A stretch of DNA of 64,000 nucleotides, filler included, from Chlamydiia bacterium (lineage in GTDB: Bacteria; Chlamydiota; Chlamydiia; Chlamydiales; FEN-1388): assembly GCA_903848235.1 (NCBI GenBank). It is 7 parts of 7 records of this genome, joined end to end, with 100 filler letters (N's around TTAATTAATTAA, not from the genome) between each part and the next. Parts side by side here need not be neighbours in the genome. Positions count along the whole stretch, not along the records: positions 34,655 to 50,668 come from CAINFV010000061.1; 6 more parts are not named here. One strand, 5' to 3'. Within the stretch, counting starts at the first letter, position 1; every line of letters begins with the position of its first letter. A model generated the notes under the pieces. It was given only the letters and a program-made list of their open reading frames with translations, had not been told where the DNA came from and made no database searches. The translations under genes were made by a program, and so were the position numbers. This document shows positions 38,272 to 49,639 of this stretch, one piece after another.

Positions 38272-40062
38272 ATGGCGCGATTTACGAAAGAGAGCGTACA
38301 ACGCCTTCGAGAGGCTGTTGACATTGTAGACCTCATCACACGGTATGTTCCTCTAAAGCGTGCTGGAACGACGTTTAAGGGGCTATGCCCATTTCATGAT
38401 GAGAAGACTCCCTCTTTTACTGTTAACAAAGCATCACGCCATTTTCACTGTTTTGGCTGCGGCGCCCATGGTGATGCGGTAGCATTTTTGATGCAGCATG
38501 AGCGGTTTGAATTCAAACAGGCCCTCGAATTCTTGTCAGAACGCTTTGGCGTGGCGCTAGAAGCTGAAATTGGTGATGTTGATGAAAAAGGGGCCTCCAA
38601 GGCACGCCTTCGACAAGTCAATGAGGCGGCAGGGCGGTTTTTCCATGCCTTTTTGCTCCATGCTGATGAAGCAGAAGGGGCACGAGGATACCTCGCAAAG
38701 AGAGGTTTTTCCCTCGCCTTTTTGCAGGCCTTTCTGATTGGCTATGCACCCCAACATCAAGGGGCTCTGCGAAAATTTCTTCAGTCATCAGGGTTTTCTG
38801 AGGAGGAAATGGAGCAGGCAGGACTGTTGTCACGTCATGACAATCGTGTGCGGGAATTTTTCTCGGAGAGAATCACCTTTCCAATCCTTGATGCCATTGG
38901 TCATACCATTGGCTTTTCGGCAAGAAAATGGCGTGAAGAGACCTATGGTGGGAAATACATTAACACCCACGAGACACAGCTTTTTAAAAAGTCTAGGGTG
39001 TTGTTTGGGTTATTCTACTCGAAGAAGCGCATGATGAAAGACCGTATCGCCTGCATTGTCGAAGGTCAGGTAGATGCTCTGAGGTTGGTTGAGGCAGGAT
39101 TTGATTTTACGGTCGCCAGTCTTGGCACCGCATTTGGCATTCCCCATGTAGAACAGCTCAAGGCGATGGGCGTCGAAGAGGTCTATCTGACCTTTGACCA
39201 GGACGAGGCAGGGTTGCTGAGTGCTGAAAAGGCAGGCCACCTGTTGATGAAGAAGGGGATCGGCGTTCGGGTGGTGCTTTTCTCTGATGCAAAGGATCCT
39301 GATGAGCTTCTTCAGAAAAAGGGAAAGGGGGCTTTCTTTCAAGCGTTGACAGGAGCTATGGATTATCTTCCATTCTTGATTGCCCGCGCCAAGGCATCGA
39401 ACAACTGGTCATCCCCGCGAGAAAAAGATAAGGCTGTCCGCCTTATCGAAGAGAAGATTCGTGAGTGGGAGAACCCGATTCTTGTCTATGAGACCCTCAA
39501 GCAGCTGAGCTCCCTGGCAGGGGTTCCTGAAAGTCTACTCAATATTGGAGCAGCACCTAGTGTGACAGCCATGAATCCTCACCCCCTTCCTGCCTTTCAT
39601 ACGGAAGCTACAGAGGCAGATCTGATGTTAGAGCTTGATCTTGTACGGTGGCTGGTTTTTGCAGGCCCTGAGAGTGAACAGCTTGTACAGTGCTGCCGCA
39701 TTCACCTTGAAAGTGATGATTTTAGCCATGAAGTACCCCGTCAGCTCTTTTGTCTTGCACTAGAGCGGCTGCAACGCGGGGAGAGGCCTGATTTCATGAG
39801 CTTTGCTGGAGACGTGGATATAGAATCTGTGTCCGCTGCTTTTAAGACATTGCTCTTGAGGCGTCAGCGTATCGAAAAGGCATTGCCCATGGCTTCTGAG
39901 AGTATGAAAAAGATAAAAGAGAGAAATTGGCTGAAGAAGAGGGAGGAGATCCGAAAAAAAATGGAAGACCCTGCAATCAGCGAGGATGAACTGATTCAAT
40001 TGGCGCATCGCTTTGACGAACTGACGAAAAATCCCCCCGTCATCCCTTCTCTGCTCAATTAA
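38272..40062 (+). CDS. dnaG: DNA primase
   Basis: Zinc finger CPFHDEKTPSF..CFGC; KYINT; TOPRIM VEGQVD, FDQDEAG and KDPDE. Confidence 0.97.
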   Translation: MARFTKESVQRLREAVDIVDLITRYVPLKRAGTTFKGLCPFHDEKTPSFTVNKASRHFHCFGCGAHGDAVAFLMQHERFEFKQALEFLSERFGVALEAEIGDVDEKGASKARLRQVNEAAGRFFHAFLLHADEAEGARGYLAKRGFSLAFLQAFLIGYAPQHQGALRKFLQSSGFSEEEMEQAGLLSRHDNRVREFFSERITFPILDAIGHTIGFSARKWREETYGGKYINTHETQLFKKSRVLFGLFYSKKRMMKDRIACIVEGQVDALRLVEAGFDFTVASLGTAFGIPHVEQLKAMGVEEVYLTFDQDEAGLLSAEKAGHLLMKKGIGVRVVLFSDAKDPDELLQKKGKGAFFQALTGAMDYLPFLIARAKASNNWSSPREKDKAVRLIEEKIREWENPILVYETLKQLSSLAGVPESLLNIGAAPSVTAMNPHPLPAFHTEATEADLMLELDLVRWLVFAGPESEQLVQCCRIHLESDDFSHEVPRQLFCLALERLQRGERPDFMSFAGDVDIESVSAAFKTLLLRRQRIEKALPMASESMKKIKERNWLKKREEIRKKMEDPAISEDELIQLAHRFDELTKNPPVIPSLLN

Positions 40063-40075
40063 GGTGCTGGAAGTT

Positions 40076-40300
40076 TTACGTATCTTCAGAAAGCTTTTGT
40101 TCTAAATGCACCCATTCGTCAAGAGAGAGTCGTTTCATCTCACCATGAAGGACATTGCCTGTGCATATCTTGTAGAGGAGGTACGGAGCCCCACATTCAG
40201 TACATGTCGTGCCCCCTCCAAAGGAACACGATTTCTTTCGTGCCCATAGGTCTAAGCAAAAGGAGAGCTCTTCTCTGGCGACATCTTTAGCATCTTTCAT
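40076..40300 (-). CDS. small Cys-rich hypothetical protein
   Basis: 74 aa with [31 protein letters not shown] overlap with the glyQS stop. Confidence 0.7.
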   Translation of the reverse strand: MKDAKDVAREELSFCLDLWARKKSCSFGGGTTCTECGAPYLLYKICTGNVLHGEMKRLSLDEWVHLEQKLSEDT

Positions 40301-43300
40301 TCAGAGACCCCCGAAGTATCGCCGCCTCCATCCACGAGCTTTCTCGTGTCAGCAAAGGCAGCACAAAGCCCAATACTGCGTCGCAATAACGACAAGCGGT
40401 TGTGACAGACTTCCGGATCATCGGCCAATACTTTTACCTCACAGAAGAGAATGTCAATTGGCTCCCGAAGCGTTAGCAAGGTTGATAGAAAATCTTTCCA
40501 TTTGTGGGACAGAGCATACTCGGTGCACAATTTTTCTGCATGTTCAAGAATAGTATAGAGATTTTTTTCGGATGCAGCAGTGAGTTTTGCCGAGTTGATA
40601 TGAGGGACCATCGCGAGATCGACTTGGCCTAAGCACCGTTTGAGCACCTCGAGAAATGCCGAGAAGGCAGGTGCTGAGTGCTGAAGCTCGCGCAACGCTT
40701 GTACGCGGAGGAGGGCATCATAGAGGTCATCAGATTGGCTTGCAAAAACTGCGTCGATAGTTTCCTTTCGCATGCCAAGATCGACGAATAAAGCACGTGC
40801 CCGCGCGACTACAAAGGAGCACAGCTCGGCAATAATCGCAGGCCGATCTCCATGGAGTAATGACGGAGGGAATAGAGCAAGCGTTTTTGAAAATGTCTCG
40901 TGGAGGGGGAGATGGATGCCATGTGCGAGGATAATGCGGATAACACCAATCGCCTGTCGTCGTAAGGCATATGGATCGCTTGATGATGTGGGCTTGAGGC
41001 CAAGAGCGAAAAAGCCAGTGAGCGTGTCGAACTTATCTGCTAACGCAAGAAGCGTTCCTTCCGGGGTGCTCGGCAGGGCGCCTTCTTCTTGTTTCGGCAG
41101 CCAGTGTTCGCGTATCGCCATGGCGATAGAAGAAGGAAGCCCTTGTTCTGCAGCGAGCAAACTGCCAATGATGCCTTGCAACTCTGGAAATTCACCGACT
41201 ACTTGTGAGGCAAGGTCTGATTTGGACAGGCGCGCTGCTTCCAACGTCTGGTCGAGGTGAGATGAGGGGACAAAGCAGTGCAAGGATCGGGCGAGGGCTT
41301 CTAGGCGCTCGGTTTTTTGGTACACGCTGCCTAAGTCTTTTTGATAGACAATGGTACGCAGTTTATCTCGAAGATTGGCAAGGGGAACCTTGACATCTTC
41401 CTTCCATAAGAAGCTTCCGTCCGAGAGGCGTGCTGACAGCACCTTTAAATTCCCTTGGAGGATCACCTCTGATGGCGTGTTGTCAGTTACCAGTACGAGC
41501 TGATTGCATAGCTGTCCATTGGCTTCAACTAATGGCAGATATTTCTGATGCTCGACCATTTCCGAAATGAGAACTTCTTTTGGTGCGTCAAGCAGGTTTT
41601 TACTGAACGAAGCGACGGCAACATGGGGCCATTCAGAGAGGTGAACAAGCTCTCCTACCACTCGTTCTTTGTGAACAGCAGACTGGTGGAGGCGTTTTTC
41701 AATGGCTTCGAGCTCTGCGAGGATATGACTTCTCCTCCGGTTCTGGTCGACCATGACAGAGGCTTTTTCGAGCATTTGCTCATAGTCAGAAGCTTCTTTG
41801 AGCTCAATGGCTCCTGGTTGCAGCTGGCGATGCCCTTGAGAAGTCCTCCCTGACACTAAGTGCTCGATTTGGAAGGGGATAACATCTTGTCCTAACAGAG
41901 CCACAATCCAGCGAATAGGCCGTGCAAAGGTCAGGGTGTGGTCTCCCCATCGCATGGCTTTAGGAAATTCTAGTGAGCTGATAAGCGTGGGAAGTGCCTT
42001 ATGGAGGATCTCTGCGGCGCTGACAGGAGGGGATGTGATACTGGCGAATATGTATGCCTGTCCTTTGACAGAGCGGATCTCTAGCGCAGTTATTTTGCCT
42101 TCTTGTACCTCGCTTAAGGTGCATTCTGGAACGTTTAAGCCTCGCAGAAACCCCTTTCCAGCATCGGTGAGCCTTGTGCCGCTCTCCCACATGAGATCTA
42201 CTTGCGGCCCACGCTTTTCGATATGCGAGGCACTGCGCTCCGTTGAAAGCTCTTCTGCCACGACAGTGAGGCGTCGCGGAGAGCCATAGGCTCGCAGAGA
42301 GGAGTATTTCAGCCCCTCTTTATCGAGAAGTTTTTTCATTGCCGCTGTGAGTGTCGAAATCCCGTGCGGGATAAAGGCTGCTGGCAGCTCTTCGGTGCCA
42401 ATTTCAAGCACAAAACGCTCTTTTGGAGAGTGCGGTATCGGAAGCGTAAAGGTGTGCTGAATCTGTGCTTTGGGTTCGCTTTTTTTGAGAAGTGGGAACC
42501 CGAGTTTTTCACGAAAGGCGACATACCCTTCAGCAACAAGCTTGGCAATGTCGCGAATCTGTCCAATATAGGAGGCACGCTCTGAAACGGAGATCACTCC
42601 TTTCGCATCGAGCATGTTAAAGGCATGGGAGGCTTTGATGACAAAGTCATAGGCGGGAATGCACAGCCCAGCTGTGGCAAGACGTCGTGCTTCGCCTTGA
42701 AAATCTGTAAAATGACGCATCCACATTGCATCATCTTGGAGCTCAAAGTTGTACTGGCTCCACTGCACTTCGTTTTGTAAGAACAGGTCTCCATACGTCA
42801 GACGTTCATTCCATTGAATATCAAAAATAGAATGTACGCCCTGGAGCGCCATTGTCAGCCGCTCGATACCATAGGTAATCTCTCCAGTGACAGGATGAAG
42901 AGGCATCCCAGCAGCGGCCTGAAAATAGGTAAATTGTGATGATTCCATTCCATCGAGCCACACTTCCCACCCTAATCCCCAGGCACCGAGCGTTGGGTTT
43001 TCCCAGTCGTCGTGGACGAAGCGTATATCATGCTGCGTGGTATCGAGGCCGATAGCGCGGAGAGACTCGAGGTATAAATCGACAATGTTGTCAGGAGAGG
43101 GTTTGAGGACGACTTGGTACTGAAAATAGTGTTGAAGGCGGTTGGGGTTTGTCCCATAACGACCATCTTTTGGGCGGCGGCATGGCTCGATGTAGGCAAC
43201 AGAGAAAGGTTCAGGGCCTAGTACGCGCAACAATGTGTCGGGGTTCGACGTTCCTGCCCCTTTCTCAACGTCATAGGGGGTGGTAATAATACAGCCGTGC

Positions 43301-43371
43301 TTTGCCCAGAATGCCGAAAGAGTAGCAACTATATCTTGGAAGTAAAACACAAGCCTTTCCCCCTCCCACAT
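40297..43371 (-). CDS. glyQS: glycyl-tRNA synthetase, fused alpha/beta subunits (start may be GTG at 43350)
   Basis: Alpha motifs ([33 protein letters not shown]) fused to beta motifs ([24 protein letters not shown]). Confidence 0.97.
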   Translation of the reverse strand: MWEGERLVFYFQDIVATLSAFWAKHGCIITTPYDVEKGAGTSNPDTLLRVLGPEPFSVAYIEPCRRPKDGRYGTNPNRLQHYFQYQVVLKPSPDNIVDLYLESLRAIGLDTTQHDIRFVHDDWENPTLGAWGLGWEVWLDGMESSQFTYFQAAAGMPLHPVTGEITYGIERLTMALQGVHSIFDIQWNERLTYGDLFLQNEVQWSQYNFELQDDAMWMRHFTDFQGEARRLATAGLCIPAYDFVIKASHAFNMLDAKGVISVSERASYIGQIRDIAKLVAEGYVAFREKLGFPLLKKSEPKAQIQHTFTLPIPHSPKERFVLEIGTEELPAAFIPHGISTLTAAMKKLLDKEGLKYSSLRAYGSPRRLTVVAEELSTERSASHIEKRGPQVDLMWESGTRLTDAGKGFLRGLNVPECTLSEVQEGKITALEIRSVKGQAYIFASITSPPVSAAEILHKALPTLISSLEFPKAMRWGDHTLTFARPIRWIVALLGQDVIPFQIEHLVSGRTSQGHRQLQPGAIELKEASDYEQMLEKASVMVDQNRRRSHILAELEAIEKRLHQSAVHKERVVGELVHLSEWPHVAVASFSKNLLDAPKEVLISEMVEHQKYLPLVEANGQLCNQLVLVTDNTPSEVILQGNLKVLSARLSDGSFLWKEDVKVPLANLRDKLRTIVYQKDLGSVYQKTERLEALARSLHCFVPSSHLDQTLEAARLSKSDLASQVVGEFPELQGIIGSLLAAEQGLPSSIAMAIREHWLPKQEEGALPSTPEGTLLALADKFDTLTGFFALGLKPTSSSDPYALRRQAIGVIRIILAHGIHLPLHETFSKTLALFPPSLLHGDRPAIIAELCSFVVARARALFVDLGMRKETIDAVFASQSDDLYDALLRVQALRELQHSAPAFSAFLEVLKRCLGQVDLAMVPHINSAKLTAASEKNLYTILEHAEKLCTEYALSHKWKDFLSTLLTLREPIDILFCEVKVLADDPEVCHNRLSLLRRSIGLCAAFADTRKLVDGGGDTSGVSE

Positions 43372-43532
43372 TGTTCAAAAAACGGCAAATAGACTGGTAA
43401 GCTTAACGATAATACCAGAGTAAATGCCTTTTGTTCAAACGGGGGTTTCAACAAAGCATGGAAGTGTCAGAAACAAAGAAATAAAAAGCCCCTACACAGA
43501 ATTGGGCAGGGGCTAGAAAGGGGCTTTTCAAA

Positions 43533-43892
43533 CTATGCTAGGGCTATTTTTGCTGGTGTAGCTTTTGCAGGTGTTTGAGCTGGGGTTTTTTGCCCATCTT
43601 TTTTCTCGACAGAACAATCTTTCTTGTCTGTTGGGCAGCCGCATGGTTTCTCATCAACGATTAATACCATTTTGGGTTTGGTCGTCGGCGTGGCTGGCGT
43701 GGTTGTTGGGGTTGTTTTGTCATCAGCTTGGCTGACGATTTTCTTGATTTCGACGGGCTTAGCTGGTGTTATTTGGGTTGTTGCTGGCTGTTGGGTTTCT
43801 TTTTCTGGTGCAGGTGTGGTGGCTGGTGCTGCCGCGAAAACGGGAGCAAAGCCCACTGTTGACAACGCCAACATTACGAGAGTCTTTTTCAT
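43533..43892 (-). CDS. small secreted low-complexity protein (Pro/Thr/Lys/Ala-rich)
   Basis: Signal peptide MKKTLVMLALSTVGFAPVFA; AGGAAGG SD. Confidence 0.75.
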   Translation of the reverse strand: MKKTLVMLALSTVGFAPVFAAAPATTPAPEKETQQPATTQITPAKPVEIKKIVSQADDKTTPTTTPATPTTKPKMVLIVDEKPCGCPTDKKDCSVEKKDGQKTPAQTPAKATPAKIALA

Positions 43893-44339
43893 ACAGTTCC
43901 TTCCTTTTTTCTACACTCAATTGGTGTACAGTTGCGATAAGTAGACGCCTAATTCATCTATCACACCACGCTCTTTTTCTTCAATACTAAACCCGGTTGG
44001 CAATTTGTGGTTTTTGTTGCTAAGATGTTGATTGTCAACATGTTAAGTGATTTGAAATTTTCATATTGAAGCCGCTGATTTCTTTTGGAGACTGCCTGTA
44101 GCATGGGATTTGTATGAATATTTAGCAGTCGACGCAATAAGGTCTGAATTCGTCATGGAAAAACAATGGATTGCCGTTGACAGGTATCTGTGCGCAAGAA
44201 CTAATTACTAAAAAAAAGTCGAAACGATGCGATGACGTTTCTGTCTTGCCATCGTTAGAGAGAAATCACTGCTCAAAAATCCACAAATCAAGTAACATAT
44301 TTTTTCTATAATTCTACGATTAGTTTCTTTTGTTAGATC

Positions 44340-45416
44340 ATGAGGTTGATAGTGAATCCGTCCTTTTTACACGCGCTCTCGATGGAAGAGATGAAAGTAT
44401 GGCTCCAGGGACAGAAGGAGCCAGTCTTTCGCGCAAAGCAAATTTTCGAATGGTTGTGGAAGCACGGTGTTTTCGACGTCGACAAAATGACTAATCTTAG
44501 CCTTTCTCTTCGCGAAGCGCTGCGGTCATCGTTTATTATTCAGCCATTGACAAAGGTCCATCAAGAGGAATCTACTGACAAGGAAACGACAAAATTCTTA
44601 TGGCAGTTGTACGACGGAAAAATGGTCGAATCGGTTCTCATCCGTGCTCCAGGCCGGCGTACTGTCTGCGTGTCATCACAAGTTGGATGCCCCGTCCGCT
44701 GTGCTTTTTGTGCCTCGGGGAAGGGCGGCTTTGTTCGGGATCTATCGGCTTCTGAGATCGTCTGCCAAGTTCTTGCTATTCAACAGGAATTGCAGGCGGT
44801 TGAGGATGAACGTATCACTAATGTTGTGTACATGGGCATGGGAGAGCCATTACGGAACTACGATGCCGTTGTAGAATCGATCCGTTTTCTCTCAGATCCC
44901 GCATACCTTGGATTTTCAAAACGCCGTATTACACTGTCCACTGTCGGTATTGTTGAAAATATCCTCCGTCTGGCGAACGATGGCGTTGGTGTTAATCTCG
45001 CTATTTCGCTTCATGCTTCCCGACAAGAGATTCGTCAGAAGATTATTCCGTATGCTCGCCAGTATCCTCTTGAAGAAATCATGAAGGCTGTCGATTATTT
45101 TCATGAGGCAACAGGTCGTGATATAACCTATGAATATATCCTCTTAGCAGGTGTCAACGACAGAATTGAAGATGCAAAGGATCTGTGTGCGTTGCTTCGT
45201 GGACGTCAAGGGTCTGTGAATCTCATCCCGTATAATGCGATTCCTGGAATCACACTACAACGGTCTACAACCCGAGATATTGGAGCTTTTCGCGAGTATC
45301 TCGATCGTATGGGGATTGTGAACACCTGTCGATATACCAAGGGGACTGATATTGCCGCTGCCTGTGGCCAACTAGCGCTGCGAGAGTCAATGGGAGAAGA
45401 TGGTGGAGCTGTTTGA
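44340..45416 (+). CDS. rlmN: 23S rRNA m2A2503/tRNA methyltransferase, radical SAM
   Basis: CVSSQVGCPVRCAFCASG, MGMGEP, NLIPYN and DIAAACGQL. Confidence 0.97.
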   Translation: MRLIVNPSFLHALSMEEMKVWLQGQKEPVFRAKQIFEWLWKHGVFDVDKMTNLSLSLREALRSSFIIQPLTKVHQEESTDKETTKFLWQLYDGKMVESVLIRAPGRRTVCVSSQVGCPVRCAFCASGKGGFVRDLSASEIVCQVLAIQQELQAVEDERITNVVYMGMGEPLRNYDAVVESIRFLSDPAYLGFSKRRITLSTVGIVENILRLANDGVGVNLAISLHASRQEIRQKIIPYARQYPLEEIMKAVDYFHEATGRDITYEYILLAGVNDRIEDAKDLCALLRGRQGSVNLIPYNAIPGITLQRSTTRDIGAFREYLDRMGIVNTCRYTKGTDIAAACGQLALRESMGEDGGAV

Positions 45417-47259
45417 CGCAGCACGGTTAGCACACTACCCGGAGAATCCTGGCGTCTACCTGATGAAGGGCGACCAGGGTGTCGTTCTGTATATCGGCAA
45501 AGCGAAAAACCTGAAAGCTCGGTTGAAGCAATATTTCACGCTATCTTCCTCCGACGAGCGGGTGCAGATCCCATATCTCCTTTCTAAAGTTGTCGATATC
45601 GAAACAGTCCTGACATCTTCTGAAAAAGAAGCCCTTGTTCTTGAGGCAACGCTGATCAAGCGCTTCAAGCCTCGCTATAACATTCTGTTGAAAGATGATA
45701 AAAGCAGGCTCCTCCTACGTATCGGGCTCGAGCACCCATGGCCTCGAATTGAATCTATTCGTTCCAAAGATGCGAAAGATGTACCACCTCGGTTGTTTGG
45801 GCCTTATGCCAGACCCTATGCCGCTCGCGAACTCTTCGATCTTGTCGTCCGCCTGTTTTTAGTACGGCAGTGTACGAATGATGAGTTTCGACGGAGGACA
45901 TCACCGTGCCTTCTCTATCAGATGCGGCGATGTACTGCTCCTTGTGTTGGCAAGGTGACAAAAGAAGAATATGACCGTCAGGTATCATCAGCTCTTGATT
46001 TTCTGGCTGGGAAAGTAAAGCCTCTGCGTGAGTCTCTTCGCAATGAGATAAAGCATGCAAGTGACTCTCTAGAATTTGAAAAGGCAGGGCTGCTCTTCCG
46101 CAAGCTCCAACTTCTTGACGCTGTATCAGAGGTTCGTCACAATCACGAAATGGCAGGGGCAACGGATACCGATGTCATTGGCAGCTGGCAAGAAGAAGAT
46201 AGATTTGCGCTTTCCATTTTGCATTATCGAGGCTCTTCTCTTGTCTATGGAGAGTCGTGGACCTTTGATATCGAGCATGGCGTCCTTTTGACGGATCCCA
46301 TGGAGCAGCTGCTTGTTCAATACTACCTGCGTCGAGCATCTCTTGATGGCATCCCAAAAGAAATCCTCTTTCCTGAAGGACACTGGTCACTAGAAGCGCT
46401 GGGAGAACTCGTCCATGATCACTTCGGCACACATGTCAAGCTCAGGCGTCCGGAATCTGGTGCGAAAAGTGCTCTTGTGGCGTTAGCCTGTGATAATGCT
46501 CGTGCCCGTCTCTTTCAAAACCCTGAGTCACAAGGCTATGGCCAGACCAGTCTTGACGCTTTGCAGCAGCAGCTTTCCCTGAAGAGATTTCCGAGAATCA
46601 TCGACTGTTTTGATGCCTCTCATTTTGGCGGAAAAGGGCTTGTCGCTGCGTGTGTGGGGTTTGTAGATGGAAAGAAAGCTCCATGCCGCTATCGGAGGTT
46701 TCATATCCGAGAGGTGAGGGTAGGGGATGACTGTTCGATGATCTATGAGGCTGTAAGACGTCGGTATAAGGACGTAATGGAGGCAGAAGAGCTTCCGGAT
46801 CTGATTCTTATCGACGGGGCAAAAGAGCAGCTTCGTGCTGCGCTTGATGCATTACAAGAGCTGTCTTTCCTGGATGTCGACGTTGCTGCCATTGCCAAAG
46901 AGCATGGCCGCCATGATAAGGGGATGACGTCAGAAGTCATCTTCGTCAAGGATTTCCCCCCTCTGTCGCTTCCCATTACCTCGCAAGAGCTGCTCTTTCT
47001 TCAAAGCATTCGTGATGAGGCGCATCGGTTTACCATCACCTTCCAGAAGGAGCAACGGCTCAAAGCTGTCTTGACAAGTCAGCTTGATGCGATTCCAGGG
47101 ATAGGACCTAAAAAACGGCACGCACTTCTCACGGCTTTTCAAGGGATCGATGCAATTCGAAAAGCTTCGCCCCAGGAGTTGCACGATCGTGCGGGGTTGT
47201 GTCGCAAGGATGCGGAAAAAGTTCTCGAAACGCTTAGGGACAGTGTAAGAATACGTTAG
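45400..47259 (+). CDS. uvrC: excinuclease ABC subunit C
   Basis: GIY-YIG PGVY..YIGKAKNL; IDCFDASH, PDLILIDG, IRDEAHRF; HhH IPGIGPK. Confidence 0.97.
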   Translation: MVELFDAARLAHYPENPGVYLMKGDQGVVLYIGKAKNLKARLKQYFTLSSSDERVQIPYLLSKVVDIETVLTSSEKEALVLEATLIKRFKPRYNILLKDDKSRLLLRIGLEHPWPRIESIRSKDAKDVPPRLFGPYARPYAARELFDLVVRLFLVRQCTNDEFRRRTSPCLLYQMRRCTAPCVGKVTKEEYDRQVSSALDFLAGKVKPLRESLRNEIKHASDSLEFEKAGLLFRKLQLLDAVSEVRHNHEMAGATDTDVIGSWQEEDRFALSILHYRGSSLVYGESWTFDIEHGVLLTDPMEQLLVQYYLRRASLDGIPKEILFPEGHWSLEALGELVHDHFGTHVKLRRPESGAKSALVALACDNARARLFQNPESQGYGQTSLDALQQQLSLKRFPRIIDCFDASHFGGKGLVAACVGFVDGKKAPCRYRRFHIREVRVGDDCSMIYEAVRRRYKDVMEAEELPDLILIDGAKEQLRAALDALQELSFLDVDVAAIAKEHGRHDKGMTSEVIFVKDFPPLSLPITSQELLFLQSIRDEAHRFTITFQKEQRLKAVLTSQLDAIPGIGPKKRHALLTAFQGIDAIRKASPQELHDRAGLCRKDAEKVLETLRDSVRIR

Positions 47260-47289
47260 ACAGCTACGCTGTCCAACGTACACAGTTTC

Positions 47290-47823
47290 TTACCGGGAAA
47301 AAGCATTAGAAGAACGTCGTGCTTTCGGAGATGTATGAAGGGAGATGTCTCCCCAGAATCCCGTACTATGCAACAACTTATGTGAAAGAAATAATCCAAG
47401 TTCGTCAACAGAATCCCACGCTTCAGGCGTTTCTCCAGCTATATCGAGACGGTTTCCATGCGTTGAGACATATGCCTTCAGGTCCGGGCGATCGAAAAAT
47501 TCTGACCAGAGCTGTTGGACAGTCTGTTCAAGTAGCCCTTTTTCAAGCGAGCAGACGAGAGGTCCTTTCGTATATGTGATTCTGTGTGTGGCCATCTGTT
47601 TGAAGGTCGAAAAGAGCATCCATAGCCCGACGAAAAAGAGAAGAAGGCCGATCGATAATGAAAATGGCATCCCTTCTGTTTCTAGCCATGCGACGCTGTT
47701 GGAGGCTATTCCAGGATACTGATGGAGGCTGATAAGCACAGATCCAATCATTAGTAGCAAAACGCCGAAGAGCAGCCGTGGAGCTGTTATCTTCGATTTG
47801 AGCAGGATTTTTTTCAGTGACAT
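47290..47823 (-). CDS. hypothetical membrane protein (AmaP-like position downstream of the Asp23 gene)
   Basis: Two N-terminal TM segments; 5 bp from the Asp23-like gene. Confidence 0.7.
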   Translation of the reverse strand: MSLKKILLKSKITAPRLLFGVLLLMIGSVLISLHQYPGIASNSVAWLETEGMPFSLSIGLLLFFVGLWMLFSTFKQMATHRITYTKGPLVCSLEKGLLEQTVQQLWSEFFDRPDLKAYVSTHGNRLDIAGETPEAWDSVDELGLFLSHKLLHSTGFWGDISLHTSPKARRSSNAFSR

Positions 47824-47828
47824 AACTA

Positions 47829-48305
47829 CTAAAACTCGCTCTGTAACTCTTCATGAAACGAGGTCGCTCCCTCATCGGGAATCTTTTGGGAGAGCTGTTC
47901 TGAAGGCAGAAGCTCTTCTCGCTTTAGACCTTTAAAGACCACGTGGATCTCTGAGACTCGCAACCCCGTCATTTTGGTGAGTTCTTCTACGACGGCTGTC
48001 TGAATTTCTTCGGCTTTTTTCGGGATATTGACGCCGTATTCTACATTGATTTCAATTGTGATTTTTACAGACTGAGACTTTGCGTCTTGCTCTGCTGTAA
48101 TTCCCTTTACTCTATCAAGGCGGCCAATAACATTTTCGAGAAACGTGCCTTCGAGAAGCCCTATACTAGAAATGCGCGACAATACTTTTAGGACTATTCC
48201 CTGAAAGACTCTATTTTCGATATCACGGCTGTAGGTAGTTTCTGGCAGCTCAAATTCTAATGGATCAAGGTGTTGAGCGGTGCCTAAGTGTCTTTTTTCT
48301 ATCAT
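47829..48305 (-). CDS. Asp23/Gls24 family protein
   Basis: IEINVEYGVNIPKKAEEIQTAVVEELTKMTGLRVSEIHV; chlamydial ELPETTYSRDIE N-terminus. Confidence 0.88.
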   Translation of the reverse strand: MIEKRHLGTAQHLDPLEFELPETTYSRDIENRVFQGIVLKVLSRISSIGLLEGTFLENVIGRLDRVKGITAEQDAKSQSVKITIEINVEYGVNIPKKAEEIQTAVVEELTKMTGLRVSEIHVVFKGLKREELLPSEQLSQKIPDEGATSFHEELQSEF

Positions 48306-48501
48306 CGGTAAACAGCGCCTCATTTCTGATCAAACGTTCAGTATACGAATTTTATTATAACGTGGATTGCGACCTCTCGGCTATAACCATTTTATCTGGA
48401 GCGAACTTCAGTCTCACTTGTCTGACTAGAAGTACTTCTGATACAATGCAGGAGAACGACGCTCTACCGTTCATCATATATATATCTTCTGAGGCACAAT
48501 C

Positions 48502-48930
48502 ATGACGCCGTGGCTTACTGTTATTATCTGGATTGTTCTTGGCTGCCTTGCTGCTGTCAGCGCTAGCTCGCGGGGACGCTCTCCCTTCTCTTGGTTTTTG
48601 ATAGGAAGTCTTCTAGGCTGGTATGGCCTTTTGCTTTTATTTATCCTTCCTCCAATATCAAATGAAGAGCACATGCCTTCTCGGACAGAAGAAAAACCAA
48701 TACCAGATGAGATGCCTCCCGTGGGAAAGCCAGTGGAGTACTCACCAACAGGGGAGTGGTTTTTTCTAAACCAAGCAAAAACTATTTGCGGGCCATTTTC
48801 TTCACAGATGCTCAAGGAGAAGTGGCGAGAAGGGGGGCTTCTGCCTGAAAGTTGGGTCTGGAATGAATCGATCGTGGATTGGAAGAAAATTTCGCAGCTT
48901 AAGCCTTTTCTGGATTGGCTCAAAGCGTGA
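48502..48930 (+). CDS. membrane protein with GYF_2/DUF4339 domain
   Basis: RGRSPFSWF TM hairpin; WFFL...GPFS...SWVWNESIVDWKKI. Confidence 0.85.
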   Translation: MTPWLTVIIWIVLGCLAAVSASSRGRSPFSWFLIGSLLGWYGLLLLFILPPISNEEHMPSRTEEKPIPDEMPPVGKPVEYSPTGEWFFLNQAKTICGPFSSQMLKEKWREGGLLPESWVWNESIVDWKKISQLKPFLDWLKA

Positions 48931-48970
48931 TTGGTGAAGAGCACGTTGCTCAATTAGCCAAAACAAAGAA

Positions 48971-48998
48971 AAACGCCCCGCATCTCTGTGGGGCGTTT
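48971..48998. terminator. intrinsic terminator between convergent genes
   Basis: AAACGCCCCGCA-TCTC-TGTGGGGCGTTT with A-rich 5' flank. Confidence 0.7.
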
Positions 48999-49072
48999 AT
49001 GAAAAAGACTTTTGCGCCTAACAACATGCAGTTGCTTTGCATGCAGAAAGGCGAAATCTTGAGGGTAAAAGA

Positions 49073-49378
49073 CTACCAGCTAGATTTGGTAACGCCAGGA
49101 AGGTATCCGGAGAGTGCTCGTTCTCTAAATGAGAGACGTGAAGAGCGAAACTTCCGCAAAAACCCTCTTCCTCTTCCCGTGAATTGGCAACGGTTTCTGA
49201 GTCTGACGACGCATGTATCACGCGGCATTTTGTTCAGATCCATCCGTGCTGCTTGGCGCTCTTCTTCAGTTAAAGAAGAATCCATAGAAATCTTCTTCAA
49301 CCGTTGTCGCTTTTCCCAATGCCTAGCAACGAGAATCTCTCGTTTCTTTTGTCGCCCGACGACTGACTTCTTTGCCAT
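49073..49378 (-). CDS. rpsN: 30S ribosomal protein S14 (long, zinc-independent type)
   Basis: MAKKSVV...[23 protein letters not shown]. Confidence 0.98.
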   Translation of the reverse strand: MAKKSVVGRQKKREILVARHWEKRQRLKKISMDSSLTEEERQAARMDLNKMPRDTCVVRLRNRCQFTGRGRGFLRKFRSSRLSFRERALSGYLPGVTKSSW

Positions 49379-49403
49379 AGTTCTGAATAACCTCTTTGAC
49401 TAC

Positions 49404-49541
49404 TTATTTTTTCCTTGCGGGTCCCTTTTGACGTTGCTTCCTAGTAGGATCTTTTCTATTCAGAACATAGACCCTTCCCTTTCTTCGGACGATAATATCG
49501 CCTTTCGAGGGAACAGCTTTAACAGATGCTCGCACTTTCAT
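49404..49541 (-). CDS. rpmJ: 50S ribosomal protein L36 (zinc-independent type)
   Basis: MKVRASVK...[22 protein letters not shown]. Confidence 0.96.
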   Translation of the reverse strand: MKVRASVKAVPSKGDIIVRRKGRVYVLNRKDPTRKQRQKGPARKK

Positions 49542-49639
49542 GTGACTTCCAGGATAAAAATGGGATACAAAAAACAGTAATCTCGATGGTACCCTAGTCG
49601 ATCGCTTTTTATCAATCTCGACTTTGTGCAATTTTTGGA

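Noticed and set aside
40297..43371. Alpha-beta glycyl-tRNA synthetase fusion as a novelty
   Set aside because: A known feature of chlamydiae and plant organelles; used only as a taxonomic marker.
48915..49580. 221-aa ORF and the many similar antisense ORFs in the track
   Set aside because: Shadow frames opposite well-supported genes such as rpsN, rpmJ, dsbD, sdhA and the V-ATPase subunits.
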